A DNA stretch of 64,000 nucleotides from an uncultured Parcubacteria group bacterium (GTDB lineage Bacteria; Patescibacteriota; Minisyncoccia; UBA6257; 2-01-FULL-56-20): the NCBI GenBank assembly GCA_903944135.1, contig CAJAQL010000006.1:9425-73424 (forward strand), in the 5' to 3' direction. Shown here one piece after another: positions 20,351 to 30,236 of this stretch. The position numbers were made by a program, and so were the translations under genes. The notes beneath the pieces were generated by a model. It was not told where the DNA came from and did not search any database. It saw only the letters and a list, made by a program, of their open reading frames with translations. Each line of letters opens with the position of its first letter. Within the stretch, counting starts at the first letter, position 1.

Positions 20351-21574
20351 CTAGACCCCGATTTTCGCCGTCTGCAGGGCGGCGGTTTTAAGTTGTCTCG
20401 AAAACAGCCAAAGCAGAATTGATGCAAGCGCCGCGATGATCGCACCGAAGCAGAAAGGATATTGAGGCCCGAACTTGTCCCAGAGAAATCCCGCGAAAAA
20501 ACTGGCGGGCAATGTGGCAAGGCCTACAGCCGTTCCGTAAATGCCGAATGCCCGACCGCGATGATCGGGACTTACGATATCGGCAAGGAAAGCTTTTGCC
20601 ACTCCAAGATTAGCCGCGTAATAAATGCCATAAAAAGCATAAAGCGGCCAGATCATGTAAGCGCGGGAGGCGAACGCAAAACCGAGGTAGACGAGCGCGT
20701 ATGCCGACCAGCCGATCAGGATCGTGGAAATGCGGCCGATCCTATCCGACAAAGATCCCAGGGGAACCGCAAACATGGCATAAATAAAATTGAACAGGGC
20801 GATGACGAGCGGAACTTCGAGGAGCGTGACGCCGAGACTTTGCGCACGAAGGATAAGAAATGCATCGGAAGAATTCCCGAACGTGAAAAGGATCACGATG
20901 CCGAGAAAAAGATAAAATGATCTCGATAGCGGCGCGCTTGTCGCCAAAATGGTTTTTTGATCGATGTCCGCTTGATTTTGCTTCGGCGTTTCTTTTACTT
21001 TAAAAACAAGAACGAGCAGCGTGACAATGAGCGGGACGGCACTGAAAAGGAGAATGAGATGATAGAGCGATGCGCTTCCTTTCAAAACATAGAGAAGTCC
21101 AAAAAGGAGAAGCGGTCCCGCGACCGATCCCAGCGTATCGAGCATCCGCGCAATACCGAAACTTTTCCCTCTGGTAGCCTCACCGGCGGAACCCGCAATC
21201 AGAACGTCCTTCGGCGGATCCTTGAGCCCCTTTCCCGTGCCGTCCATAAAACGCAATCCCAGGACCGAAGCGCTGGAGGTGAAGAGCGCAAGAAGCGGGC
21301 GGCTGACCATCGAAAAGAAATAGCCGATGAAGATGATCGGTTTTTGTTTTTTGAACTTGTCCGAAAAGAGCCCCGCGATAACGGCAAAAAGATAACTGCT
21401 TGCCGTCACGAGCCCTTCAGCAATACCAACGAACGCCTTATCGAATCCGAGGATCGTCGTGTAATAGATCGGCAAGATAGGGGAGAACGTATCCTGGCTG
21501 ATGCCGCCGAAAAAGCTCAGTAAGCCGACGTAAAAAACATTTCTGTTCTTCGGGGGATTTTTGGGCGTTTCCAT
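20351..21574 (-). CDS. MFS transporter
   Basis: About 12 TM helices, G..SDRIGR motif, GNSSDAFL. Confidence 0.85.
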   Translation of the reverse strand: METPKNPPKNRNVFYVGLLSFFGGISQDTFSPILPIYYTTILGFDKAFVGIAEGLVTASSYLFAVIAGLFSDKFKKQKPIIFIGYFFSMVSRPLLALFTSSASVLGLRFMDGTGKGLKDPPKDVLIAGSAGEATRGKSFGIARMLDTLGSVAGPLLLFGLLYVLKGSASLYHLILLFSAVPLIVTLLVLVFKVKETPKQNQADIDQKTILATSAPLSRSFYLFLGIVILFTFGNSSDAFLILRAQSLGVTLLEVPLVIALFNFIYAMFAVPLGSLSDRIGRISTILIGWSAYALVYLGFAFASRAYMIWPLYAFYGIYYAANLGVAKAFLADIVSPDHRGRAFGIYGTAVGLATLPASFFAGFLWDKFGPQYPFCFGAIIAALASILLWLFSRQLKTAALQTAKIGV

Positions 21575-21639
21575 GATCCTTATATCATAAACCACTCCGG
21601 CAATTTAAAAAATCATGGTTCAGCTATAAGGGTCCGCCG

Positions 21640-22287
21640 TCAGATGACATATTGCAGGATCAGGAAAAAATGGAATATGCTTCCGCCGAGAACGAACAGG
21701 TGCCAGATGGAATGGAAATAACGGATATCATCGAAGCCGAAAAAGATCATGCCCACGGTATACGAAACCCCGCCGGCGATCAGCAGTTCTATCGCGCGCG
21801 GAGGCAGGGCATGCCAAAGCGGAACGATGAAAAAAACGATGAGCCAGCCCATTGCAAGATACAGCACGGCCGAAGCAACGTTATGCTTGTCTATGGCAAG
21901 GCTTTTATAGACGATCCCCGCGATCGCCAGCACCCAGACGAGGGCGAAGATGGTCCATCCCAATTTTCCTCCTATGGTTATCAAGACAAGCGGCGTATAG
22001 GTTCCTGCGATCAGAAGATAGATCATGCAATGATCGAGAATATGGAATACATGCCTTGCTTTCGTTCTTGCAAGCGCGTGATAGAGCGTTGACGAGAAAT
22101 AGGAAAGCATCATGGACAGGCAAAAAATAAGCACACTGACGTTTACGATCGTGCTCTTCATGCTTTCCGCTTTGACGAACAGGATTATCGTTCCGAAGAT
22201 CGACAGTAAAAGACCTATATTATGAGTGATCGCCCCGGCGATCATATCGCTCAGCCGGTACGGATAAACATCCTTTGGACAATCCAT
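21640..22287 (-). CDS. Hemolysin III / PAQR family membrane protein
   Basis: SSTLYH, DH..IY.LIAGTYTP, Y..MGW, H.IWH.FVL. Confidence 0.9.
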   Translation of the reverse strand: MDCPKDVYPYRLSDMIAGAITHNIGLLLSIFGTIILFVKAESMKSTIVNVSVLIFCLSMMLSYFSSTLYHALARTKARHVFHILDHCMIYLLIAGTYTPLVLITIGGKLGWTIFALVWVLAIAGIVYKSLAIDKHNVASAVLYLAMGWLIVFFIVPLWHALPPRAIELLIAGGVSYTVGMIFFGFDDIRYFHSIWHLFVLGGSIFHFFLILQYVI

Positions 22288-22464
22288 TGTTCTCACTTTA
22301 TTCTTAAACTAAGGAAGTGTCGAGATGGATTCTCATTGAAATATCGGGTTTCCCTGCATTTATGATCACTTTTTATGGACGAACCATTGCTGTTTCTGTT
22401 AATATGAAAATATTCCCTTTTATAGAGACATCTTCGGACATTATTTCTTCATTTTATCGATCCA

Positions 22465-23280
22465 ATGGAACCACGCAATGCATCATCAATCGTAGAGATC
22501 GCTCATCTCACGAAGCGATTCAAAGATTTCACCGCGGTGAATGATATATCTTTCGGCGTCGAACCGGGAGAGATCTTTGCGTGCCTGGGGCCGAACGGTG
22601 CCGGAAAAAGCACGCTCATCAAGATGCTTATCACCTTGCTCGCGCCAACGAGCGGCAATGCCGTCATCAACGGACATGATATCGTGCATCATGCTGCGGA
22701 TGTGCGAAATACGATAGGCTACGTTCCTCAGTCAATCTCGGTGGATGGAACTCTTACGGCATACGAAAATTTGATGCTTTTTGCCCGCCTCTATGATATT
22801 CCACGGTCAGAATGCAAAGAACGCATACGGAAAACGCTCGCTTTTTTGCATCTCGAAAACCACGCGAACGCGCTTGTCAGAACTTTTTCCGGAGGCATGG
22901 TCAGAAAAATGGAGATCGGACAGGCGATGCTCAACCGGCCGAAAGTATTGTTCCTGGATGAGCCGACAACGGGACTTGATCCGATCGCACAGCAGAGCGT
23001 ATGGGAACATCTCGCGGATCTGCGCAAGACGATGGGAACGACCATCTTCTTTTCAACCCACAATATGGAAGAAGCCGATGGCGTGAGCGATCGGGTCGCC
23101 ATTATGAACCAGGGGAAGGTTGCCGTCATCGGAACCGTACCCGAATTGAAAGCAAAAACGAACAAACCGAACGCCACCCTTGAGGATGCTTTTATTTTCT
23201 TCGCAGGAAGCGATCTGGAAGAAACCGGTAACTTTCGCGACATTCGCAGAATGCGCCAAACCGAAAAAAGGTTGGGGTAA
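22465..23280 (+). CDS. ABC-2/DrrA-type exporter ATP-binding protein
   Basis: GPNGAGKS, FSGGM, LDEPTTGLDP. Confidence 0.9.
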   Translation: MEPRNASSIVEIAHLTKRFKDFTAVNDISFGVEPGEIFACLGPNGAGKSTLIKMLITLLAPTSGNAVINGHDIVHHAADVRNTIGYVPQSISVDGTLTAYENLMLFARLYDIPRSECKERIRKTLAFLHLENHANALVRTFSGGMVRKMEIGQAMLNRPKVLFLDEPTTGLDPIAQQSVWEHLADLRKTMGTTIFFSTHNMEEADGVSDRVAIMNQGKVAVIGTVPELKAKTNKPNATLEDAFIFFAGSDLEETGNFRDIRRMRQTEKRLG

Positions 23281-23294
23281 TATTTTAAACACCG

Positions 23295-24071
23295 ATGTTC
23301 CATTATCTTTTTGAGACGATCAAAAAATCATGGGTGATGGCCGAAATGGAGGCCCGGAAGCTCATGCACGATCCGACCGAGCTCATTTCCCGTGCCGTCC
23401 AGCCGATCTTGTGGCTCGGTATTTTTGGTGAAGCGTTAAGCAAAGTGCACGCAATCCCGACAGGTGGCTACACGTATTTGCAGTTCATCACGCCGGGCAT
23501 CCTTACGCAGTCGGTTGTTTTTGTCGCGATCTTCTACGGCCTCTATATCATTATGGATCGCGACACGGGCATCCTGCAGAAACTGCTCGTGACGCCTACG
23601 CCACGCATGGCATTGGTCTGGGGCAAAATGCTTGCCGCGGGTCTGAGGGGATTGACCCAGGCGCTCGTCGTTTTCATTTTTGCTCTCATGCTCGGCGTCC
23701 AATTGCATATATCGTTCTGGTCCATCATCGGGGTCATTGTGATCGTCCTTTTGGGTGCGGCGGTCTTCACGGGAATTTCGATGATCATAGCTTCCATCGT
23801 AAAAACGCGCGAACGGTTCATGGGCATCGGGCAGGTCATCACGCTTCCTCTTTTCTTCGCTTCGAACGCGATCTATCCGATCTCGATCATGCCCGGTTGG
23901 CTCCAAGTGGCGGCAACCGTCAATCCGTTGAGCTATATGGTGGACGGATTGCGCACGCTCATGCTCACGAACACCAGCACCGGAGTGGGACTTGATATCC
24001 TTATCCTTGCGGCGGTCGCCCTCGTCATTTCCGTAATCAGCGCATGGATGTATCCGAAGGTCGTGATATGA
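23295..24071 (+). CDS. ABC-2 type exporter permease
   Basis: DR.TG.L.KLLVTP, P.WLQ....VNPLSY. Confidence 0.9.
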   Translation: MFHYLFETIKKSWVMAEMEARKLMHDPTELISRAVQPILWLGIFGEALSKVHAIPTGGYTYLQFITPGILTQSVVFVAIFYGLYIIMDRDTGILQKLLVTPTPRMALVWGKMLAAGLRGLTQALVVFIFALMLGVQLHISFWSIIGVIVIVLLGAAVFTGISMIIASIVKTRERFMGIGQVITLPLFFASNAIYPISIMPGWLQVAATVNPLSYMVDGLRTLMLTNTSTGVGLDILILAAVALVISVISAWMYPKVVI

Positions 24072-24649
24072 CAAACATGAACACGTTATCTATCGATAAA
24101 GCAAAAACAGCATTGGTTGTCATAGATCTTCAGAAGGGCATCGTTAAGAGACCATTGGCTCCCTATGCATCCGATGTCGTGGTAAAAAATGCGGCGGCGA
24201 TCGCGGATTTTTTCAGAAAGAACGGCATGCCGGTATTTTTGGTGCACGTGACTCCGTCTCCGGACGGGAAAGATGCCCTGCATCCGATTGCCGATGCGGA
24301 ACCATGGACGCAGACGTCGCAGCCGGACTGGGCGGAGATCGTCCCCGCGATGGGACCGAAACAGGGCGATCTCGTGATCACGAAACACCAATGGGGTGCG
24401 TTCTACGGTACGGAGCTTGATCTGGAACTGCGAAGACGGGGGATGACGACCATCGTTCTCTGCGGCATCTCGACGAACATCGGCGTGGAGAGCACGGCAC
24501 GATTTGCGTATGAATATGGCTATCACCAGATCTTTGCGGAAGACGCGATGGCCGCCGTTTCAGCCGAAGAACACGCGTTCACGGTCACAAAAATATTTCC
24601 GCGGATCGGACTCGTAAGAAAGACCGAAGAAATATTGGCCGATCTATAA
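24068..24649 (+). CDS. Isochorismatase/cysteine hydrolase family protein (YecD-like)
   Basis: ALVVIDLQ, K..WGAFYGT.L, GISTNIGVESTAR. Confidence 0.85.
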   Translation: MTNMNTLSIDKAKTALVVIDLQKGIVKRPLAPYASDVVVKNAAAIADFFRKNGMPVFLVHVTPSPDGKDALHPIADAEPWTQTSQPDWAEIVPAMGPKQGDLVITKHQWGAFYGTELDLELRRRGMTTIVLCGISTNIGVESTARFAYEYGYHQIFAEDAMAAVSAEEHAFTVTKIFPRIGLVRKTEEILADL

Positions 24650-24861
24650 CCCGCATTCTTGATCCGATCCCCAAGAATAGCATCGGAGAAAACTGTTCAG
24701 GCTAAACTCGCGTTTTATTGTTTTTCTGGCGATGCTAAACAAACCAACACCTGAAATTTTCAATTTCCGCGACATGCTCATCGCGCCAAATTCTTTGAAA
24801 TTCCGCCGGTGCTTCTTTCGATAACCTCATACCTCAAGCTCAAATCTTTTTCCGGCTATAC

Positions 24862-26541
24862 CTAGGGTAGATTATGCGCCTGTGAAAATCGCGCCAAATA
24901 GTCTTGTATATTAAGAACGTCCGGAAAACGCGCAACAAGGACTTTCAATTCAGCTTCCGTTTGACTAAGATTGGCCGTTACGCTTTCCGGCTGGACGAAC
25001 GGATCAACGTAAGTGGTCCCATATTTTTGTATCAAGCTTGCGTTTGCTGGCGTGTTTTTCATCATAATTACGGAATGGCCATCCCAATAGATCATTCGAA
25101 AATTGTCATGATAAAGAGCCGTAAAGAGAGGATTGTCGTCGATAACGATAAATTGTTCCCAGTAGGGCAATATTACATAATTGATTTTATATTTTTGATC
25201 GATAATCTGTTGCCAGTTGCTGTTGAGGTCTATCACCGAAAGATAATCCTGCACGGGCTGACCCCTGAAAACCTCCGAGCGGCCGTCGATCGCGACTTTT
25301 TCTTGCGGCCATAACGCCCAGATCAAATAGCCTCCATCGCTATAATCGTTAAAGAGAGGCCCCTGGATGCCATTGTGCTTAATGAAATTGACGGCATCGA
25401 CGGGAAGCGTGATGTTGCTGACGGGGCTGTCCGGCAACATCATGATTGCTTTTACGAGGAAAAGAACGCCAAATATGGATAATAAAATCGGGAGCAGTTT
25501 TGGAGAAAGTTTCTCCACTGTTCCGCTGAACGCGGACGAGATTGCTACGGCAAGCGGCACAATAACTACGAACGGCCAAAAGATGATATAACGGGCGGAA
25601 AGAAATGGAAGAATAGAAACGCCAAGAAATAGACCGAGCGTTCCGAGGTCGCGGCTTTCCTTTCTGACGCAAAAATACCAAACAAGAAGCGCGCCAAAAA
25701 CGATGAACTCCACCAAGAAGGCCTGTACGATCGGACTACTTAATGCCGAAAGCGCGGGGCGATATTGGGTTATGTTGAAAATTTTCGCAAGCTCCCGTAC
25801 ATAGAAAGCGTAAAGAAAAATGCGGTAGGTATTTGGATTCAGGAAAGACAATCCGAGAGACAATAACGTCGCTCCGGCAAGATAGTTCGTTTGCTTGATG
25901 GTCAGGATGGTTCTTCCGAAATAACGGGGAAATTTCAGTTGAATCTTCAATGCGATCGTATAAAAAATCAAAACAACTAAACCAAGAAGAAAACTTGCAT
26001 GTATATTCGCCCAAAGCCATACGATAAAAAGAGTCGGGACGAGATAAAGAACGCGAGGATGTTCCCGATATTTTTCCAGGCAATAGATCAAAAGCACAAG
26101 GAGAAAGGTTGCAATGACTTCGGGGCGAGTCTGCCAGAAAGAGATGCTCGAATAGGCTATGATAAAACCTACGAGAAGCGTGACATAAACATTCGCCCCT
26201 TTTTTGATTGCTAACCGCACGATAAAGAAATAGCTCAGGGATGCAAGCAGGGCAGCGAATCCGATCAATGCCCAAAATCCGAAACTCGAACTAACGAGAT
26301 AGAAAACAATCTCCGCAAGCCATTCATGCGTGACCCACATCGCTCCTGGTGCGGTATATGAAAAAATATCCGCAGTGGGCACGTGTCCGCTTTCAATAAT
26401 TACCTGGCCGGTTTTGATGTGATAAAACGTATCCGAATCCTTTATTTGGTGAAATGAAAAAAGGAAGATAAGCAATAAAAAAAGAACGAAGAGCATTTTT
26501 CCCCACCATGTTGTTTTAAAGGAAACAAAAGATGGTTTCAT
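24862..26541 (-). CDS. Polytopic membrane protein, probable GT-C-fold glycosyltransferase
   Basis: D.DTFYH..TG, W..HEWL, RP, LW.N.H, GGYLIW, IDGR motifs. Confidence 0.6.
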   Translation of the reverse strand: MKPSFVSFKTTWWGKMLFVLFLLLIFLFSFHQIKDSDTFYHIKTGQVIIESGHVPTADIFSYTAPGAMWVTHEWLAEIVFYLVSSSFGFWALIGFAALLASLSYFFIVRLAIKKGANVYVTLLVGFIIAYSSISFWQTRPEVIATFLLVLLIYCLEKYREHPRVLYLVPTLFIVWLWANIHASFLLGLVVLIFYTIALKIQLKFPRYFGRTILTIKQTNYLAGATLLSLGLSFLNPNTYRIFLYAFYVRELAKIFNITQYRPALSALSSPIVQAFLVEFIVFGALLVWYFCVRKESRDLGTLGLFLGVSILPFLSARYIIFWPFVVIVPLAVAISSAFSGTVEKLSPKLLPILLSIFGVLFLVKAIMMLPDSPVSNITLPVDAVNFIKHNGIQGPLFNDYSDGGYLIWALWPQEKVAIDGRSEVFRGQPVQDYLSVIDLNSNWQQIIDQKYKINYVILPYWEQFIVIDDNPLFTALYHDNFRMIYWDGHSVIMMKNTPANASLIQKYGTTYVDPFVQPESVTANLSQTEAELKVLVARFPDVLNIQDYLARFSQAHNLP

Positions 26542-26771
26542 CTTAAATTAAGCTATATAAATGATGCACATTACCGTTATGAGTACGAGAAAGACATATA
26601 AATCCGAGGTCTGCTACAGTTAAAATTATGCCATATTTTAATATAATTTCAAAACTTAAATACCCAAAAATGCGTGAATTCTTACGCATTGTCCATAAAC
26701 GGTCATTACAGTACAAAACGCCATTCGATGTCATCGCAAAAGCACCCAAAAATGGCAATTTGAACACAATG

Positions 26772-26842
26772 CTGGGAGGCTTGGAATCGGACCAAGATTG
26801 AGGGCTTCAAAGGCCCCTGTCCTACCATTAGACGACCTCCCA
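26772..26842 (-). tRNA. tRNA-Gln (TTG)
   Basis: TGGGAGG/CCTCCCA acceptor stem, anticodon arm GGGGC-CTTTGAA-GCCCT; CCA not encoded. Confidence 0.9.
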
Positions 26843-26915
26843 AAATGAAATGCGCTGATTGCTTGCTTCTTTGGTATAATAAATAAGAAGTCGTAAAAAA
26901 ACAAATTAAAAATCA

Positions 26916-26942
26916 TGGATTCCCGCTTTCGCGGGAACGACA
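26916..26942. repeat. TGTC-tagged palindromic repeat
   Basis: TGGATTCCCGCTTTCGCGGGAACGACA. Confidence 0.75.
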
Positions 26943-26954
26943 GATAATAAAACT

Positions 26955-27560
26955 ATGAAATACGAATTACCGCAGTTGCCCTATGCGTACGATGCGCTCG
27001 AGCCGTACATTGACGCAAAGACGATGGAAGTCCACCACACAAAGCATCATCAAACATATACGAACAATCTGAATGCCGCCCTTGAGAAGCATCCGGAGGT
27101 CGCAGATGTGCCACTCGAGAAAATGCTCGCTGATCTCACGATCGTGCCGGAGGATATCCGGTCGGCGATCCGCAATTCCGGCGGGGGATACTGGAACCAT
27201 GATTTCTTCTGGAAAGTGATGGGTCCGCAAGCCGGAGGCGAACCGCAGGGAAAAATTGCCGGAGCAATCACGGCATCCTTCGGAGGATTCGCGCCATTTA
27301 AAGAAGCGTTCACGAAAGCGGCAGCTGGCGTGTTCGGTTCGGGGTGGGCATGGCTCGTGGCGGGGGAAGACGGAAAGTTGTCCGTGATCTCAACGCCGAA
27401 TCAGGACAGTCCGCTTGCGCTGGGCAAGAGACCGATCCTTACGCTCGATGTCTGGGAACATGCCTACTATCTCAAGTACCAGAACAGAAGGCCCGAATAC
27501 ATCGACGCATGGTGGAATGTGGTGAACTGGAATGCCGTCGAAAATAATTTTGAAAAATAA
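26955..27560 (+). CDS. sodA: Fe/Mn superoxide dismutase
   Basis: [34 protein letters not shown]. Confidence 0.9.
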   Translation: MKYELPQLPYAYDALEPYIDAKTMEVHHTKHHQTYTNNLNAALEKHPEVADVPLEKMLADLTIVPEDIRSAIRNSGGGYWNHDFFWKVMGPQAGGEPQGKIAGAITASFGGFAPFKEAFTKAAAGVFGSGWAWLVAGEDGKLSVISTPNQDSPLALGKRPILTLDVWEHAYYLKYQNRRPEYIDAWWNVVNWNAVENNFEK

Positions 27561-27653
27561 AGATACTGAACGATCGATCAGATAATTGTCTTTGTTTTTT
27601 CTGTTGGTTATAAAATTGCAGGGGTCGACCTAAGTCGACCCCTTTTGCAAAAC

Positions 27654-27986
27654 CTAAAAGCCTTGCGGCGAATTTTGTCCTCTCCAAAATGTTTCCGCCG
27701 GAAAATCGCCTACGTACTCGCTGGCACCGCAACGATGGCATCGCTGTTCAACGTGCACCGTGTCCAGAAGCGGATCGGTATCGTTCGGAACATATTTCTC
27801 GGTGTTTTCCGTCCACCAACTGTCACAGAAGCGGCAGCGGGCAAGGTGGCACCATGAGATGATCAAACCTCCCAGCAGGACGATCAAGACCGCGATGCTG
27901 ATAAGCTTGGTTGTAATGGCGGCGATTGCAGCTATCACCAGAACGATGAGGGCCGCAATAAGAACCTTCTTGGTGTATTTTGACAT
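27654..27986 (-). CDS. Orphan two-TM protein with C-terminal CxxC...CxxC zinc ribbon
   Basis: Two hydrophobic helices, CRFC and CHRC; purine-rich SD; hairpin at 27620-27646 downstream. Confidence 0.6.
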   Translation of the reverse strand: MSKYTKKVLIAALIVLVIAAIAAITTKLISIAVLIVLLGGLIISWCHLARCRFCDSWWTENTEKYVPNDTDPLLDTVHVEQRCHRCGASEYVGDFPAETFWRGQNSPQGF

Positions 27987-28038
27987 GCGCACTGCCCCCT
28001 TTCCTCTTGGAATAGAATAAAACTAATTATTTTTTGCG

Positions 28039-28884
28039 TCAAATTTTTTTAGGCTTCTCGCCCTCTCGCTGGGTCACCGTAAGCCGCAATGCATCGTTTT
28101 CGATTTTCGCCTCAAGCAATTTCAGGCGTTTCCCGTCGCGCATGGTCCATACGCCCGGCTCAGGATTCAAGGCACGGATCTTGCGATTCAAATAAACAGC
28201 CCGCTCGACATTGCCGTTTTCCGCCATGGCAAGATCATCTGGTTCGACGAATCCATCCTCTGTTTTGAATTTTTTCGTGAACGTGGCATCGGCTTCGTTT
28301 TGAGGTATCGGCGTCATCTTCCCTTCATAAAATAGGGATAATGTCCTGAGAAGCAGCTCTCCTCCGACGTCTGAAAGCTTTTTTGCAAGAGAATCGAAGG
28401 TATCCGTATCTGTGATGGCGACAGGTTCTGATCTTGCGATAACTGGTCCAGAATCTATGCCTTCGTCCAGCAAATAAAGCGTGACGCCCGTTTTTATCTC
28501 GCCATTCAAAAGCGCCGTCTGGAAAGGCGACGATCCGCGGTACTTCGGCAAGAGCGACGGATGCACGCCGACCGTGCCAAGACGGGGGATATCAAGCGTC
28601 TTTTTTCTGAAAATCTTGTTATAGGCGAAAACTATAAAAAGATCCGCATGAAAGGATTTCAGTTTTTCCTGAAATTCCGCATCCAACTTTTCCGGCTGAA
28701 GGATGGGGATGGACAATCCGCGGCCCACGATCAACTGCTTCACGGGCGGCGGCGTGATGATGTGTTTTCGGCCGACGGGACGATCAGGATTGCAGACGAC
28801 CGCCAAGGGCATCATGCCATGGTCCAAAAGCATTCCAAGGCATCGGGCCGAAAAACTCGGCGTTCCAAAAAAAATATAGTTCAT
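28039..28884 (-). CDS. fmt: Methionyl-tRNA formyltransferase
   Basis: FFGTP.F, PDRPVGR, HPSLLPKYRG.SP, D.G.DSG; follows def. Confidence 0.9.
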   Translation of the reverse strand: MNYIFFGTPSFSARCLGMLLDHGMMPLAVVCNPDRPVGRKHIITPPPVKQLIVGRGLSIPILQPEKLDAEFQEKLKSFHADLFIVFAYNKIFRKKTLDIPRLGTVGVHPSLLPKYRGSSPFQTALLNGEIKTGVTLYLLDEGIDSGPVIARSEPVAITDTDTFDSLAKKLSDVGGELLLRTLSLFYEGKMTPIPQNEADATFTKKFKTEDGFVEPDDLAMAENGNVERAVYLNRKIRALNPEPGVWTMRDGKRLKLLEAKIENDALRLTVTQREGEKPKKI

Positions 28885-28892
28885 AATGAGTG

Positions 28893-28957
28893 CGTCATTC
28901 CGAGCTTTGCGCGGAATCTCTCTTTTTTTGAGATTTCTCGCAAGGTTCGGAATAACA
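28893..28957. repeat. Palindromic repeat dimer between def and fmt
   Basis: CGTCATTCCGAG..CGGAATCTC / GAGATTTCTCG..TCGGAATAACA. Confidence 0.6.
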
Positions 28958-28969
28958 TGCTTTCCATTC

Positions 28970-29467
28970 TTATTTTTCGTGCTCAAATATCTTTTTTGTC
29001 CGGTCAATGAAAAGTTTCCCCTGAAGATGGTCTGTCTCATGCTGGAAAACATGCGCCAGAAGCCCCCACGCTTTGATCTTGATCGGCTTGCCGTTTTTAT
29101 CGAAGCCCGTCAAGGTCACGCGTTCGGCGCGGGGGACATAGCCCCATTTTCCCGGAATGCTCAAGCATCCTTCTTCGAGGATCGCCGTATCCTCGCTTTT
29201 TTTCTCGATCTTCGGATTGAAGATCGCGTAGAATTTCATGCCGCCATCATCAACATCGGGCACTTCCGCAACAAACATATTGAGGTTCAGGCCGATCTGG
29301 TTCGCCGATAAACCGACGCCATTCGCGACACGCATGATGCGGCGCATGCGGGAAACCAGTTCAGTGATCTCTTTTTTTGTGAAATCCTTAAAATCAAAAT
29401 CGGCGGTTTTCTTCCGCAGGAATTTTTCTTCTTTTTTATCGCCCACCATCCAAATATCATTGATCAT
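28970..29467 (-). CDS. def: Peptide deformylase
   Basis: GVGLSANQIG, EGCLSIP, QHETDHL. Confidence 0.95.
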   Translation of the reverse strand: MINDIWMVGDKKEEKFLRKKTADFDFKDFTKKEITELVSRMRRIMRVANGVGLSANQIGLNLNMFVAEVPDVDDGGMKFYAIFNPKIEKKSEDTAILEEGCLSIPGKWGYVPRAERVTLTGFDKNGKPIKIKAWGLLAHVFQHETDHLQGKLFIDRTKKIFEHEK

Positions 29468-29754
29468 GAGATAACTTTGATGTTTGTATCCTTTTCTTTG
29501 CGTTTTTCCATGACGACCCTCATAAAATATGCTCCTTTGTTTTTCACCTCTCTCCGTTCGGCAACATCTTTTGCGACGGCGCGGAGACGGCGCGAGTCAT
29601 TTTCTTTCGCAAGCTTGATATAAAGCGCTTTGTGCGCCCGATCTCCAAGGATATCGGCGATTTCGAGACCGGTTAGCTGATAATCCCGATAAACATGGGA
29701 TTCTTTCGCCCGGCGCTTAAGCTCGGCCATATACTTTTCGCGCGCGTTCGGCAT
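29464..29754 (-). CDS. Conserved-looking hypothetical protein
   Basis: L.D..HK.LYIKLAK ... NKGAYF; overlaps def start (ATGA). Confidence 0.7.
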   Translation of the reverse strand: MPNAREKYMAELKRRAKESHVYRDYQLTGLEIADILGDRAHKALYIKLAKENDSRRLRAVAKDVAERREVKNKGAYFMRVVMEKRKEKDTNIKVIS

Positions 29755-29926
29755 GATTCTATGGTACGACATCTCTTTTTTTCTGTCACCCCCCAATTTT
29801 TCCGTCATCCTCCGGCGCCTGCTCCGCAGGTGCGGGCCTGACCGAAGGACCCATGCTCTTAGAAAAGAAAGCATAATGTTGCCGCTTTTGGAGGACGATG
29901 ATGATAGGTTGTGTTAAAATAATCGC

Positions 29927-30223
29927 ATGGCGAGGCGATTCGAGCGCACCAAAGAAGATTTTATTTGCGGCCATTGCGGGCGAATGGTTCGAGGCAATGG
30001 CTATACGAACCATTGTCCGGCGTGCCTATGGAGCCGGCACGTGGACGTAAATCCCGGAGATCGCGCAGCGACGTGCGGGGGACTCATGGAACCCGTCGGC
30101 GTGGAGCTTAAAAATGGCGAATGGGTCATTCTGCATCGCTGCGTTTGCTGCGGTTTTGAGCGAAAAAACAGGGCTGCACAGGAAGATAACTTTGAGGTCC
30201 TGCTTAAAATTTCCGCAACCTGA
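29927..30223 (+). CDS. RNHCP domain protein
   Basis: F.C.HCG, TNHCP.CLWS.HVD..PGDRA..C.GLM. Confidence 0.9.
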   Translation: MARRFERTKEDFICGHCGRMVRGNGYTNHCPACLWSRHVDVNPGDRAATCGGLMEPVGVELKNGEWVILHRCVCCGFERKNRAAQEDNFEVLLKISAT

Positions 30224-30236
30224 GGTCATATTTCAT

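Noticed and set aside
22318-22441. MITE bounded by TGTCGAGATG / CATCTTCGGACA
   Set aside because: Inverted ends are imperfect, with no target duplication and no second copy in the window
24862-26771. Island integrated at tRNA-Gln
   Set aside because: AT-rich and adjacent to the tRNA 3' end, but no integrase and no duplicated tRNA 3' fragment found at the far side
28885-29052. N-terminal extension of fmt in the ORF track (in-frame RPE-like peptide)
   Set aside because: Extension overlaps def and merely reads through an intergenic repeat; the family start is MNYIFFGTP at 28884
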